Shown here piece after piece: positions 12,256-25,222 of a stretch of 64,000 nucleotides of DNA. The notes under the pieces were generated by a model. It was given only the letters and a program-made list of their open reading frames with translations, was not told the DNA's origin and did no database searches. The stretch lies in the NCBI RefSeq assembly GCF_009914755.1, contig NC_060937.1; one strand, given 5' to 3'. A program made the translations under genes and the position numbers. This DNA is from the human T2T-CHM13v2.0 reference genome, Homo sapiens. Position 1 is the first letter of the stretch; each line of letters starts with the position of its first letter.

Positions 12256-15200
12256 AGCTTTTATTTTAAGATCAAGTATACATATGTAGGATATGCAGCT
12301 TTATTACATAGGTAAATGTGTGTCAAGTGGGTGTATTGTATGGATTATTTCATCAGCCAGGTATTAAGCCTGGTACCAATTAGTCATTTTTTTCTGATCC
12401 TTTCCCTCCTCCCACCTTCTGCCCTCTGGTAGGCCCCAGTATTTGTCATTACCCTTTATGTGCCCATGTGTTCTCATCATTTAGCTCCCATGTATAAGTG
12501 AGAACATGTGGTATCTGGTTTTCTGTTTCTGTGTTTGCTTGCTAAGGATGATGGCCTCCAATTGCATTCATGTACCTGCAAAGGACATGATCTCATTCCT
12601 TTCTATGGCTGCATAGTATTCTGCTATCATTGATGGGCATTTGGGTTGATTCCACGTCTTTGGTATTGTGAATAGTGCTGCAGTGAACATACACATGTAT
12701 GTGTTTTTGTAATAGGATGATTTATCTTCCTTTGCGTATGTACCGAGTTATGGGATTGATGGGTCAAATGGTATTTGTGTCCCAATATCTTTGAGGAATT
12801 GCCACACTGTCTTCCTCAGTGGTTTAGCTAATTACCAATTTACACTCCACAAACAGTACTTTTTGACGTTTTAATAACAGCCATTCTGACTGGTGTGAGA
12901 TGATATCTCGCTGTGGTTTGATTTGTATTTCTCTAATGATCACTGATGTTGAGCTTTTTTTTTATACTGTTTTCCACACGCATGTCTTCTTTTGAGAAGT
13001 GTGTATTCATGTCCTTTGCCTGTTTTTAATGGGGTTCTTTGCTTTTTGTAAATTTGTTTGTTTCTTATAAATGCTGGATATTAGACCTTTGTTGGATGCA
13101 TAGATTGCAAAATTTTTCTCCCATTATGTAGGTTGTCTGTTTACTCTGTTGATAGTTTCTTTTGCCGTGCAGAAATTCTTTAGTTTAATTATATCCTGTT
13201 TGTCGATTTTTGCTATTGTTTCCATTGGTTTTGGTGTCTTCCTCATGAAATCTTTGCCCCTGCCTATGTCTTGAATGGTATTGCTTAGGTTTTCTTCTAG
13301 AGTTTTAATAGTTTTAGGTTTTACTTTTAAGTCTTTAATGCATCTCGAGTTGATTTTTTATATGGTGTAAGGGGTCCAGTTTCAGTTTTCTGCATATGGC
13401 CAGCCAGTTCTCCCAGCACCACTTATTAAATAGGAAATCCTTTTCCTTTTGCATTTCTTTGTCAGGTTTATCAAAGATCAGATGGTTGTAGGTGTGTGGT
13501 CTTATTTCTAAGTTCCCTACTCTGTTTCATTGGTCTATGTGTCTGTTCTTGTGCCAGTACCATGCTGTTTGGGTTACTGTAAGCCCTGTAGTATAGTTTG
13601 AAGTCAGGTAGTGTGATGTCTCCAGCTTTGTTCTTTTTGCTTAGGATAGCCTTGGCAATTCAGGCTCTTTTTAGGTTCCATATAAATTTTAAAATAGTTT
13701 TTTCTAGTACTGTGAATTATGTCAATGGTAGTTTAATGAGAATAATACTGAATCTATAAATTGCTTTGGGCAATATGGCCAGTTTCACAGTATTTATTCT
13801 TTCTATCCATGAGCATGGAATGTTTTTCCATTTGTTTGTGTCCTCTCTGATTTCTTTGAACAGTGGTTTGTAGTTCTCCTTGTAGAGATCCTTCACTTCC
13901 CTTGTTAGCTGTATTGCTAGGTATTTTATTCTTTTTGTGGCAATTGTGAAAGGGAGTCTATTTGTGATTTGGCTCTCAGCTTGCCTGTTGGTGTATAGGA
14001 ATGCCAGTGATCTCTGTATCTCTGCCAGGTTTTGGTATTGGGATGATGCTGACCTCATAGAAAGTTAGGGAGGAGTGCCTGCTTTTTGACTTTTTTGAAT
14101 AGTTTCAGTAGGAATGGTACCAGCTCTTCTTTGTATCTCTGGTATAATCCAGCTGTGAATCCATCTGGTCCTGGGCTTTTATTGGTAGGCTATTTATTCC
14201 TGCCCCAATTTCAGGACTCACTATTGGTTGGTTCAAGAATTCAATTTCTTCCTGGTTCAGTCTTGGGAGGGTGTACATGTCCAGGAATTTATCTGTTCTA
14301 GATTTTCTAGTTTATGTGCATAGAAGTGTTTATAATATTATCTGATGGTTATTTATATTTCTGTGTTGTAAGAGGTAATATCCCCCTTATGGATTTGTTG
14401 CTCTTTTGAAGGGTTTTTCGTGTCTCTGTCTCCTTTAGTTCAGCTCTGATCTTGGTTATTTCTTGTCTTCTGCTAGCTTTGTGGTTTGTGTGTTCTTGAT
14501 TCTCTAGCTCTTTTAGTTGGGATGTTAGGTTGTTAACTTGAGGTCCTTCTAGTTTATGGGCATGTTATAAATTTCCCTTTAACACTGACTTATCTGTGTC
14601 CCAGAGATTCTGGTATGTTGTATCTTTTTTTCTCATTAGTTTTGAAGAACTTCTTGATTTCTGCCTTAATTTCATTATTTACCCAAAAGTCATTCAAGAG
14701 GAGGTTGTTCTGTTTCTATGTAGTCACATGGTTTTGGGTGAATTTCTTAGTCTTGTGTTCTAATTTGATTGTGCTGTTGTCCAAGAGATAAGTGTGTTAT
14801 GATTTCGGTTGCATTTACTGAGGAATGTTTTACTTCCAATTATGTGATTAATTTTAGAATAAGTGCCATGTGGTCATGAGAAGAATGTATATTCTGTTGT
14901 TTTGGGGTGGAGAGTTCTGCATGTATCGATTAGGTCCACTTGATCCAGAGCTATGTTCAGGCCCTGAATATCGTTGTTATTTTTGTCTCAATGATCTGTC
15001 TAATATTGTCATTGGGGTGGTAAATTCTTCCACTATTATTGTGTGGGAGTCTAAGTCTCTTTGAATGTCTCTAAGAATTTGCTTTATGAATCTGGGTGCT
15101 TCTCTGTTGGGTGTGTGTATATTTAGGATAGTTAGGTCTTCTTGTTGAATTAAACCCTTTACCATTATGTAATACCCTTTTTGTTTTTTGATCTTTGCTG

Positions 15201-17620
15201 TTTTAAATTCTGTTCTGTGAGACACTAGGACTGCAATCCCAGCTTTTTTCCATTTTCCATTTGCTTGGTAAATTTTCCTCTATCTCTTTATTTTGAGCCT
15301 ATGTGTGTCTTTGCATGTGAGATGGGTCTCTTGAAGACAGTATAGTGATAGGTCTTCATTCTTTACCCAGCTTGCCACTCTTTTTTTTTTAATGGAGGCT
15401 TTTGCCCATTGATAGTTAAAGTTAGCATTATGTGTGGGTTTGTTCCTGTTATCATGATACTACCTGGTTATCTTATAAGCTTATTTATGTGGTGGCTTCA
15501 CAGTGTTGCTGGTCTGTGTACTTCAGTGTGTTTTTGTAGTGTTTGGTAATGGTTTTTCCTTTCCATATGTAGTGCTTCTTTAAGGAGTTCTTGTAAGGCA
15601 GGTCTGGTGGTAATGAATTTCCTCAGCATTTGTTTGTCTGAAAAAGATCTTATTTTTTTTCTTCACTTATGAAGCTTAGTTTGGCTGGATATGAAATTCT
15701 GGGTTGGAGTTTGTTTTCTTTAAGGATGTTGAATATTGGCCCCCAATCTCTTCTGGCTTGTAGGGTTTCTGCTATAAGGTCTACTGTTAGTCTGATGGGT
15801 GTCCCTTTGTAGGTGACCTGGCCTTTCTCTCTGCCTGCCTCAGCCCAGTTCTGATCTGTTTCTGGAGAGGTGTTTTGGTCATTTGGAGGAGAGAGGGCAT
15901 TCTGGCTTTTTGAATTTTTAGTGTTTTTGAGCTGATTCTTTCTCATTTTTGTGGGTTTATCTACCTTTGATCTTTGAGATTGTATTGCTGACCTTCTATG
16001 GGGTTTTTTTGGTTTTTTTCGGGTTTTGTTTTCGTTTTCTTTTAACAGTCTGGCCACTTTTCTGTAGGGCTCCTGCAGTTTTCTGAGGATCTGCTCCAGA
16101 CTCTAATCATCTCAGATTTTCCAGTACCTGGACATATTACCAGTGAAGCCTATAAAACTGCAAAGATGGCACCCTGCCCCTTCCTCTGGGAGTTCCATCC
16201 CGGGGGATATGGACCTGTTGCTGGCTCACACACAACTATAGGGTGTGTCTGGACACCCTGACTGGGAGGTCTCACCCAGTCAGGAGTAACGTGATCAGGG
16301 ACCTACTTAAAGAAGCAGTCTGCCTGTGTTTTGGTAGAGAATCTGTGCTGTGTTGGGGGATCTCTTCAGGTCCCAATCAATTTGGGCTCTACAAAGACCA
16401 TAGGCTGGAATGGCTGAGTCACCCAAACAGCAAAGGTGGCAGCCCATCTCACCTCTTGGGCATTCCTTCCAGGGAGAAATTAGAACTCTGTTGGTCATAG
16501 AACACAGGAGGGGGTAGCTGAAGCCCCAGCTGAGAGGTCCCACCCACTAAGGAAGAATGGATTGGGGTCCCATTTAAAAAAGCAGTCTGGCCATGCCTCT
16601 GCAAAGCAGCTCTGCCATGCTGGGGCATTGCCTCTGCCCTGGTTAGCTTGGACTCTCCAAAGCCCTTAGGCTAAGAACAGCTGAGTTGCCCAAACAGCAA
16701 AGGTGAGTGGCCTTCCCCTCCCTCCAGGCACTCCATCCCATGGAGAAATCAGAACTCTGTCTGTAGAATGTGGGTGGGGTTGACTGGAGGCCTCAGTTGG
16801 GAGGTTCCATTCAGTGAAGAGGAATGCATCAGTCTCCTGCTTAAAGAAGAAATCTGGCCATGTTTTGGTAAAGCAGCTGTGCTGTGCTGGGGGATCCCTT
16901 TCTCGTCTGGTCCATTTGGACTCTCCAAAGCTTGCAGGCTGGAACTACTGAGTTGTGTGAACACCAAAGATGGCGGCCTGCCCCTCCCCATGGGAGCTCC
17001 TCCCATGTCAGATAGGTGCTACCCTGTTCCTAGTGACTGACTGGAATTCCAAGTCAGTTGGTCTTATCTTGTGAGGTGCCGTGAAAGTGGGGCCTGCAGA
17101 CCAGTGCTGCTCAGCCTCCTGGATTCAGCCCCCTTCTAGGGGTTATGTACAGACCTCCCACCTTGTCTGAATTGCAGTCACCTTTGCTGGGAATCCCAAG
17201 GGCTGGAGTATGTAAAGCTCCCAGGTCTCTGTGTATGTCCCAGAAGCTGCTCTACCAAGAGTCCACATAGCTTTGTGTCAGACCTAAGTCCCTGATAGAG
17301 TGAATCCACGAGGGGATCTCTTAATCTGAGGGTTGCAAATACCTGTGGGAAAAGCATGGTTTCCTGGTGTTGCTCATTCACTCAATGCTACTCTTTGCTG
17401 AATGTGGGTGTTCTCTTGGCTCTGCTTGGCTCCCTAGTGGATTATTGCCCTGGCCTGCTTTTCCCTGTTTTGTATGGATCAAGCTGTTTCCATGATCAGT
17501 CCCAATGCGAGTACCTGAATATTTTAGTTAAAGGTGCTGTATTTACTCACCCCTTTTGTTCCTCTCCATGAGTGCCATGCACTGTAGCTGCTTCTGATCA
17601 GCCATCTTGGCCCTACTGTC
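12256..17620 (-). mobile_element. Full-span L1PA (about PA10-13) with several internal deletions
   Basis: 3'UTR at about 12260, ORF2 remnants (ORFs 13717..14058, 14977..15225), ORF1 remnant (15650..16057: REKGQVTYKG..RDWGPIFNILKE) and 5'UTR ending cagccatcttgg. TSD taaatg(c/t)tcttt at 12244-12255 and 17621-17632, with a TT/AAAA endonuclease site on the minus strand. Confidence 0.95.
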
Positions 17621-17635
17621 TAAATGTTCTTTTAA

Positions 17636-17883
17636 TGACGGGGCAAAACATGCTGACACTTTGATAGATGAAAAGCAGGAACGTTTTGTTATCTGCAGAT
17701 CCAAAAGGGAGAAGGCTATAAAACAGGAGCCACACAGGGGCTTTACCCAGGGACAAGATAACAGTAAGCTGGAGCTGTTGTGAGCAGCTTACTCATGCCA
17801 AGTAGTGTGGTGTTAGCTATATTTTCTGGACTCCCTATGGACTGGCTAATTAAAATAATTTTGCAGGTTTCTGAAACGTGTCA
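17636..17883 (-). mobile_element. ERVL-class LTR fragment (MER76/MER77-like, tentative)
   Basis: The motif ccctatggactggctaattaaaataattttgcagg resembles old ERVL LTRs. The family is recalled from memory. Confidence 0.35.
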
Positions 17884-17919
17884 AAGAGAAGTGTTGGGGT
17901 ACAGATGCATATTACCTTT

Positions 17920-18400
17920 AAACGTAGGTATATGCTTATGAAACCATCACCACCATCAAGGTAATAGGCATATTCATTACCTCTAAGAGTGTCCTTGTCC
18001 TCTGTTTTGTTTTCAGGTTTTCTTTGTTAACATGATTTCATCAAGTTTTTAACTGCATCATACATTATTGTTAACTATAGGCACTGTGTTGTATAACAGA
18101 TTTCTAGAATTTATTCATTTATATAACTAAAAATTTATACCCATGAAACAGTAATGCCCCATTTATCCTCCCTACAAAGGCCCAGATGCCTACTATTCTA
18201 TCCTCTGCTTCTATGAGTTTGCCTATTTTAGATACCTCATTATATGTGGAATCATACTGCTTTTTGTATTTCTATGACTGGCTTATTTCACTTAGCATGA
18301 TATCCTCAGGGTTCATTCATGTTTTCACAAATTTCATAATTTCCTTCTTTTTAAGACTGAATAATATTTCCTTTTATAAATAAACTACACTTTCATCAAC
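17920..18400 (-). mobile_element. L1MA/L1MB 3' fragment
   Basis: gaaaccatcaccaccatcaagg; ttattgttaactataggcactgtgttgtataacagat; ttctatgagtttgcctattttagatacctca. Confidence 0.85.
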
Positions 18401-18409
18401 CTTTGTAGA

Positions 18410-18506
18410 ATAAGTATGTTCTATGAAATATTTGAGATATACTTAAATTCATTTTTATCTGGAATTTAAATTTAGCCAGGTATTTTATATTTTACCTGGC
18501 AATCCT
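18410..18506. mobile_element. MER53-like hAT MITE, right half
   Basis: taagtatgttctatgaaatatttgagatatactta...tttatctggaatttaaatttagccagg...ttttacctggcaatcct. Confidence 0.7.
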
Positions 18507-18529
18507 TGTCTATTATCTTATATTTTCTA

Positions 18530-19050
18530 TAATAGGCAGTCTGTCATGATCTAGAGAAATTGCCTACTCTATTACAGGAAGTCTCTTTTAATCTCCCTGG
18601 TAAGGTTGAAGAACATTATACCTTTGTCCTTGACATGTAAATATTTTCACAAAATATATCTAGATTTTGATTAAATCTTGTTTATGGTCCCATATACTAA
18701 TGTGTATTTTTCAACCTAAATTCTCATGTGTTTCCTCAGTTTGGGAAAATTCTTAGTAGTTGTCCCTTCAAATATAATTTGTCACTACTCCATCTATCGC
18801 ATTCTCCTGAAACTCTTAGTACATCTTAGCTCTCGAAACTATCATCATATCTTTTAAATATTATTGTATGTGTTTATGTCATCTGAGTGAATTCTCAGTT
18901 CTGTTGGTTAGGTTCAGTAATTCTTATTTTAGATTCATTCTATTGTTTTTGCTTAGTATCTGTTGCTGTATCTTTCATTCGCATTATTTCTGATTTTTAT
19001 TATAGTCATTGATTCTAAATTCTGTATTTCATAGTCCTATTTTATATATG
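18530..19050 (-). mobile_element. Ancient L1M/HAL1-like fragment (right part)
   Basis: ttttcacaaaatatatctag...cctcagtttgggaaaattcttagtagttgtcccttcaaatat, continuing the piece that ends at 10889. Confidence 0.55.
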
Positions 19051-19096
19051 TTCAAATATTATTTTTAGTAGTAAACAAACTTAATATACCATTCAG

Positions 19097-19394
<298 letters not shown>

Positions 19395-19842
19395 CAGATT
19401 TTCTTTATTTTAAATATATCTGGCTAATTGCACATAGCAGTTGTTTACTTTATGATTATCTTTCTTGATGTTAATGTCTTCCTATTGTGTTTCCATCTCA
19501 ACTATGGTAGGAGGTCCTTTCTTCTCTCTCTCTCTGTCTCTCTCATCCTCTCTGTGTGTATTCTTGATTACCTTCATTTAGCTTTCTAGGCTTCTAAAGG
19601 AGACAACAATTTTTGAAAGAAAGTTAGGGCTCCTACTACCCGAAAATATTGTAAAAATACTTCTCTAGTCACCAAGCCACTAAGCTGCTTGTCTAACTTT
19701 CAGAACAATAAGCTATGTCTTGATCTCTACTCATTAGGACCACAAAGCTGTAAATTATAGCCCATGCATTGGTCTTTTGAAACATTTTTGTGGTACTTAA
19801 TTTGTGAAATTACATATAACTTTATTCCTGTTGGAACTACTA

Positions 19843-19983
19843 TTTTTTAATTGTGGTAAAATATATACATAATAAAATTTACCATTTTAATTATTTTAAG
19901 TGTACAGTTTATGGAATTGAATTCACATTGATGTGTAACCATCCTCACTGTCTATCTCCAGAACTCTTAACATTGTCCAGAAC
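19843..19983 (-). mobile_element. L1MB 3'-end fragment
   Basis: ttttttaattgtggtaaaatatatacataataaaatttaccattttaa...tctatctccagaact. Confidence 0.8.
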
Positions 19984-20058
19984 AATGGAAAGTCGTGTGG
20001 CCAATTTTAATCCTTGCCACATCATATGATACAAAATACTAACTGTAGCTTTAGAATA

Positions 20059-20394
20059 TAACATGGTTGGATTCTCCGCATCCAAATCTAATTTTGAATT
20101 ATAATCTCCACAATCCCCAGAATCCCCACATGTAAAGGGAGAGACCAGGTAGAGGTAATTGAGTCATAGGGGCAGTTTCCCCACGCTGTTCTCATGATAG
20201 TGAGTGAGTTCTTATGAGATCTGATGGTTTTATAAGTGTTTGGTATTTCCTCCTGACTTTGTTCTCCTTCCTGCCGCCCTGTGTAGAAGGTGTCTTGCTT
20301 CCCCTTCACCTTCCACGGTGATTGTAAGTTTCCTGAGGCCTCCCCACCCTGTCTCTGGTAGTTCTTTATAGCAGTGTGAAAATGAACTAATACA
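20059..20394 (+). mobile_element. THE1D-like MaLR solo LTR (small internal deletion)
   Basis: Ends gcagtgtgaaaatgaactaataca. 5-bp TSD gaata/gaatc. Confidence 0.88.
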
Positions 20395-21251
20395 GAATCC
20401 TTGTCCTTTGAATTTTTATTCCAAGGGATCTTACTATAATTTTGAACTTGAATATTGGTTTGCATCATTTTAATATTTATTCATTGCCATTTATAGAAAG
20501 ACTATGGATGCAGACTTAAAGAAAAAGACTTACAATATCATCTTCAAGCTGAAATGTTTAATATGAACACATGTTTAGAATGTTTTGGCATAATCTTGTT
20601 TCTTTCCATTCAGTTTTCATACTCTTCATTTAACAGTGTGTTCACCTTCAGTGGAGGTTAAGCAAATGCTATTCCTTCTATATGGAGTACTCAGGCTATT
20701 TATCACCCCTGTAGAGGACATGCTAAACACTCCACATTCCTATGCTTCTTTCTCCTACGATGTTCTGGATGTCGTCTCTTCTATTCCACTATATAAGAGT
20801 TCTTAATCATAGAAATGTGTACTTAAAAGTTCACTCTTGTTTATCAAAAATTACAAGGCAAATAGTAAAATGCAGTTACATAAAATGTCAAGTAATTCCA
20901 TAACAAAAAATAAATTTCTTTGAAACATTTTTTTTTTATTGTGCCAGAGACCATGATGTTTTGTCCAGGAACCTGATATTTTTCTTTATAAAATGGAAGA
21001 TAGTAGAAATAGTCCCTGAATGCCACCTGAAGAAACAAATAAGTGAACATTTGTTGAGAGTCAATTAATACAGTCACTTGTATTCCTAGTAGTTATATTA
21101 TTTTAAGTTACCTGAAATGCTCAGCTAGTCAATAGTGAACTATTGTTCCTAGGGAAATACAGGGCTAGGTTCCCACCACTGTCTAGTGATAGACTTTTAT
21201 CACCTGTTCAATATATAACCATGGCTCATATATGTTTCCGTTCAAAAATAC

Positions 21252-22489
21252 TGAAGCAGGGAATTTTTCCTGACCTCTTCATGGGCAGAAACTGCCCCTG
21301 CCGGCGGTGCCAAAGCAACTGGCACTGGAGCCAACTGGCTGCTTCAGCACAGGCAGACTCGAACTCCACTCACTCAAACCCCTTGTGCTCCACCCCTCAT
21401 GGGAGGGATCATGCAGGTAGTGGGTGCAAGAGCTGGGGACAGTGCTTTTGGGCACCAGTAGGAGCAAAATTCTGTGTGGGCCCCGCATCAGCAGCATCTA
21501 AGGGAGAGTACCCATGACGGCCCAAAGCCGCAGAGTGTTACAGTCAGCCGTCTTTTAGCATTGTCATCAGTAGACAGCTTACGTATTCATAGCTCAGTGG
21601 GCCCTCTGTCTTTTTGCGTGAGGCAGCTGCCTTCCACCAGCAGCGGCAGAGGGTCAGTGTGACAGCCTTTTGCATCCTCACCCATGGTACCCAAGCTCTT
21701 GTTCAGCGTCCCTGAAAAATCAGGACACACAAATGAATTGAAGGGTGATAATATGGTTTGGCCGTGTCCCCATGCAATTCTCATCTTGAATTGTGGTTCT
21801 CCTAATCCGAACACATATTGTAGGAGGGGCCAGGTGGAGATAATTGAATCATAGGGGCAGTTTCCCCTACACTGTTCTCATGATAGTGAATAAGTCTTAC
21901 GAGATCTGATGGTTTTATAAATGGGAATTTCCCTGCACAAGCTCTCTTGCCTGCCACCACGTGAGATGTGACTTCGCTCCTCTTTCCTTTATAAGTTACC
22001 CAGTCTCGGGTATGTCTTTATTAGCAGTGTGAGAATGAACTAATACAGGTGGTGAATGCAATGGATTTTATTGCTGATGAAAGTGGCTCTCAGCAGGAAG
22101 GGGAGCTGGAAAGGGGACAGAATGGGTAGATTATCTTCCCCTGGAGTCCAGGCTTCCCCAGCCAGACTTGTCCTCAAAGCCACACTGTCAAGCTGTTCCT
22201 CTAAAGTCAAGCTGCTTCTCTCTGACATCCAGCTGTAGTCTCCACCACCCAGCTACTGCTTCTCTTCTCAACGTTCAGCCACTTTTCTCTGCCAACCAGG
22301 TCAGGGGTTTTCTTGGGTACAGGATGAGAGACGGGGTGGGCAATGGGTGCTTTTGCAAAAGGCAGCATTCAAGTGGGAAAACAGGAATGCGTGTTCTCAC
22401 TTTGGGCTGTGGTTCCAAGCTTGAGGGTGGGGCCTTTGCCAGGGACACACCCTCTTCTGCCCAGAATTTCCCTGCCTCCTCTCCCTATA
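21252..22489 (-). mobile_element. ERV1 solo LTR (LTR28/LTR1 group), interrupted by THE1
   Basis: Minus-strand start taggga..ggaggcagggaaattctgggcagaagaggg..aggccccaccctcaagc. The other end reads tgaagcagggaa on the plus strand. Confidence 0.75.
21749..22047 (+). mobile_element. THE1B/C solo LTR (internal deletion at about 21980)
   Basis: taatatggtttggccgtgtcccc...cagtctcgggtatgtctttattagcagtgtgagaatgaactaataca. TSD ggtga/ggtgg. Confidence 0.92.
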
Positions 22490-25117
22490 CTTTATTTGAT
22501 ACATGTTGTTGATTTATTAACATTGAACTTATGGCCAACAGCACCATAAATTCTGCCCCATCAAGATTTGCGTAACACATAGAATTTCTCCATAAGGCAT
22601 GGCGTAGCCTTCTTGTGCTTAGGAACACAAAACAGTATTTCAGCATTGTATTTGAGAGACATTTTAAACAGCAAAACACACACAAACATGGAAAAAATTG
22701 TGGCAGCAAATATATCACATAAAAGACACTTGTTTAGACTCTGAGAGCTGAGATGAGAGAGAGCATTGTCTTGTTCAGCCTCAGCTGGGGCATGCACACT
22801 GGGAAACTCAAATATTTTCCCTATCTGTGCATGTCCACAGATGACTACAAAAGTGCTATAAGTATGGATTTTGGGGATGCAAATATATTTTAGTGAGTAG
22901 GAGAATTTGGAATATGAAATCTGTGAACAATGAGGATTGCCTGTACCAGGCAAAACTCTTGTGTGAAATAAAATAAAAGCCCAGGAATGAGGTGATGATT
23001 GGGAAGATCAAATGATCTGTTGTATAGAAATTGAAATGATGAGAATATCAAATCCCGATATTATTTGATTTCTGACACACTGTATAGGTTTAAAAAATAA
23101 AAGTAAAATAGATTTAAATAATTGAAAATATAAAATTTGTCTTGGTGACTTTTATATATCTCAGTTCTTAGGTTAAAGTGAATTTTTACTAAATATGAAT
23201 CAGAAAGAAAAAATTTGTTTCGCACTACTTAATTTACCAAGAAAAAATAAATATTAGCATTTAATATATTATTAATACAGAGGTTAAAGTGAACTAATTT
23301 CTACAAAAAGACCAAAAGAAATAAACTTTATTTATATATATGTATATATTACATATATAAATACACATGTGAAAGAAAAAGTCTTTATATATGTGTGTGG
23401 AAGTAAACAAATTCATCAACACAATACCAAGAACTTTATACACACATTAGGATAACATATGTACATTTTTTGGTCTTAACATAAGAGTTTCAGTTTAATA
23501 TATAGGTAATCATTAGCAGTTTGTTTTAATGGTATTTGTATTTTTCTTATATCATTCTTGGGGACTTATACAATTCTAATTCCACATAGTAATGGAAATG
23601 AAATAATTTTGTAATATGTTCTCTTCTTGTTCTTTGATACAGAAATATATTAATAGCATTTTAAATTCTTTTTACAATTACAATTTCAAGTTGAAAGATT
23701 ACACCTTCAAATGGCCAATACCTTTAGCAAAAATAAGCACAATATGACAGTGACCTTTTACATTCCAAATTTGCTTTTCTCAAGATTACGTCCCTGTACA
23801 CAGGAAGAGCAGCATTGAAAAGTCATTCAAATCAAAAAGGAAAAGGTTAAATTAATAACTACTATGTAATATTGCTTTAGTGTCATGAAGAGTGACTACT
23901 GTCGTTTTTATATTTCTTTCCAAAGATTATAAAAATAATACATGGTACATTCTTCATGTTTTCTATAGGTAAGAAGAAAGTGATCAATATGCCACCCCTT
24001 TCACTGGCACTTATGTAGATTAGTAAATTCTGGGTCTTTGAACACAATCATGATTTTTCTCTTCTTAGATGCCATTGCTTACTAGTCAGCTTAGACTGTA
24101 CAACCTAGGATATATAGTATTTAAGTAATCCAGGTAGTGACTCTAGAAAGAGTGAACAAGATAGGAATCTTACCTGCACCCTGCAGGAAGCATTACAAGA
24201 TTAAGCAGAAAACATGTAAAGGACTTGCTTAACTTTCTCATTTTGTGTCCTTAGCTCCTTAAAACACAACTGAATTTACTGAGTGAGAGGAATGCTACTA
24301 CAGGGGTATTGGTCTATTGTTTTTGAAGCAAATAATTACAAATATCTGTATTTTGTTATTAGCAAAAAGTTACTTCCATCACCACACCTATTTACGAAAC
24401 AAATTTTAAGAAAATGTCTAGACCTCAAAAATGTATGATGCTGGTAGTATTTCGCCCTTTCAAAATAATTACATTAGAAGTTCTGTGTTTGCCCTTCTCT
24501 TAATTTCTTCCAGATGACCACCATTTCAAATGCCTTCACGGTGCATGTTTTACAGCACAGCTGAAAGTTATAAGACCATGATGATCATCCTTCTTGGATG
24601 ACTGACCTATCAATCATTTTGGGAAATGCATCTTAGAAAAATTTGGTTATGAGACTGTATCCATTTGCAAAGTATCTATTTGGACTTTTTTTTAATTATA
24701 AACTTCTCAGGGAAATTGTTGCTACTGCTTATTGTGAAAAATTACAGTTGTTAGGAGTATGAATATGCAACATGCAATTAGCAGAGATTGCAGCAGATAT
24801 TTAGAGTTGTGAATATTCATATTGTATACGCATTTTATAAAGAATATACCATTTACATTTTAATCATAGAATTTTTAAGTGACAGTAAAGTTAATAAAAC
24901 CATATTCTGCTTGCTAAAATGTTCCTGGCAATAAAAATGCTGCTGCAATACTAAAACTATGCTAATGATTGAGTAAAATTAATTTATTATACCCTTTACC
25001 TTCAATTTTATGTTCTTCAGGGAGTAATATAAAAGTGAAAAGGAAAAACTTCACTCAAAACTTTCAGTCTGTTTGGGTGATACAGCCACGGAGAGGCACT
25101 GCTCAGATGATCCTTCA

Positions 25118-25222
25118 AATATAACTAGCCAATCAGCTGGAACGACCTCCTGCTCTTTCCAGGCAGGTCCTAGCCAATGAGTGAGCCTTATGTGACCAAT
25201 GGTAGGCCGAGGAAAATTTTCC
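25118..25222. promoter_or_regulatory. Triple CCAAT (NF-Y-type) box cluster; candidate promoter or enhancer
   Basis: tagCCAATca (25129), tagCCAATga (25174) and gaCCAATgg (25196), plus the palindrome ggaaaattttcc at 25211-25222, in a locally GC-richer unique sequence. Confidence 0.4.

Larger units (their letters stand above)
21071..22943 (-). mobile_element. MER82-like TcMar-Tigger DNA element, interrupted by the LTR at 21252-22489
   Basis: TA|cagtc...ctg|TA termini. Internal gccttcttgtgcttaggaacac and cttgttcagcctcagctggg. The two halves are collinear across the LTR. Confidence 0.75.

Noticed and set aside
13717-16057. L1 ORF1/ORF2 ORFs as an active element
   Set aside because: There are many stops and frameshifts, and the RT core and central ORF1 are deleted.
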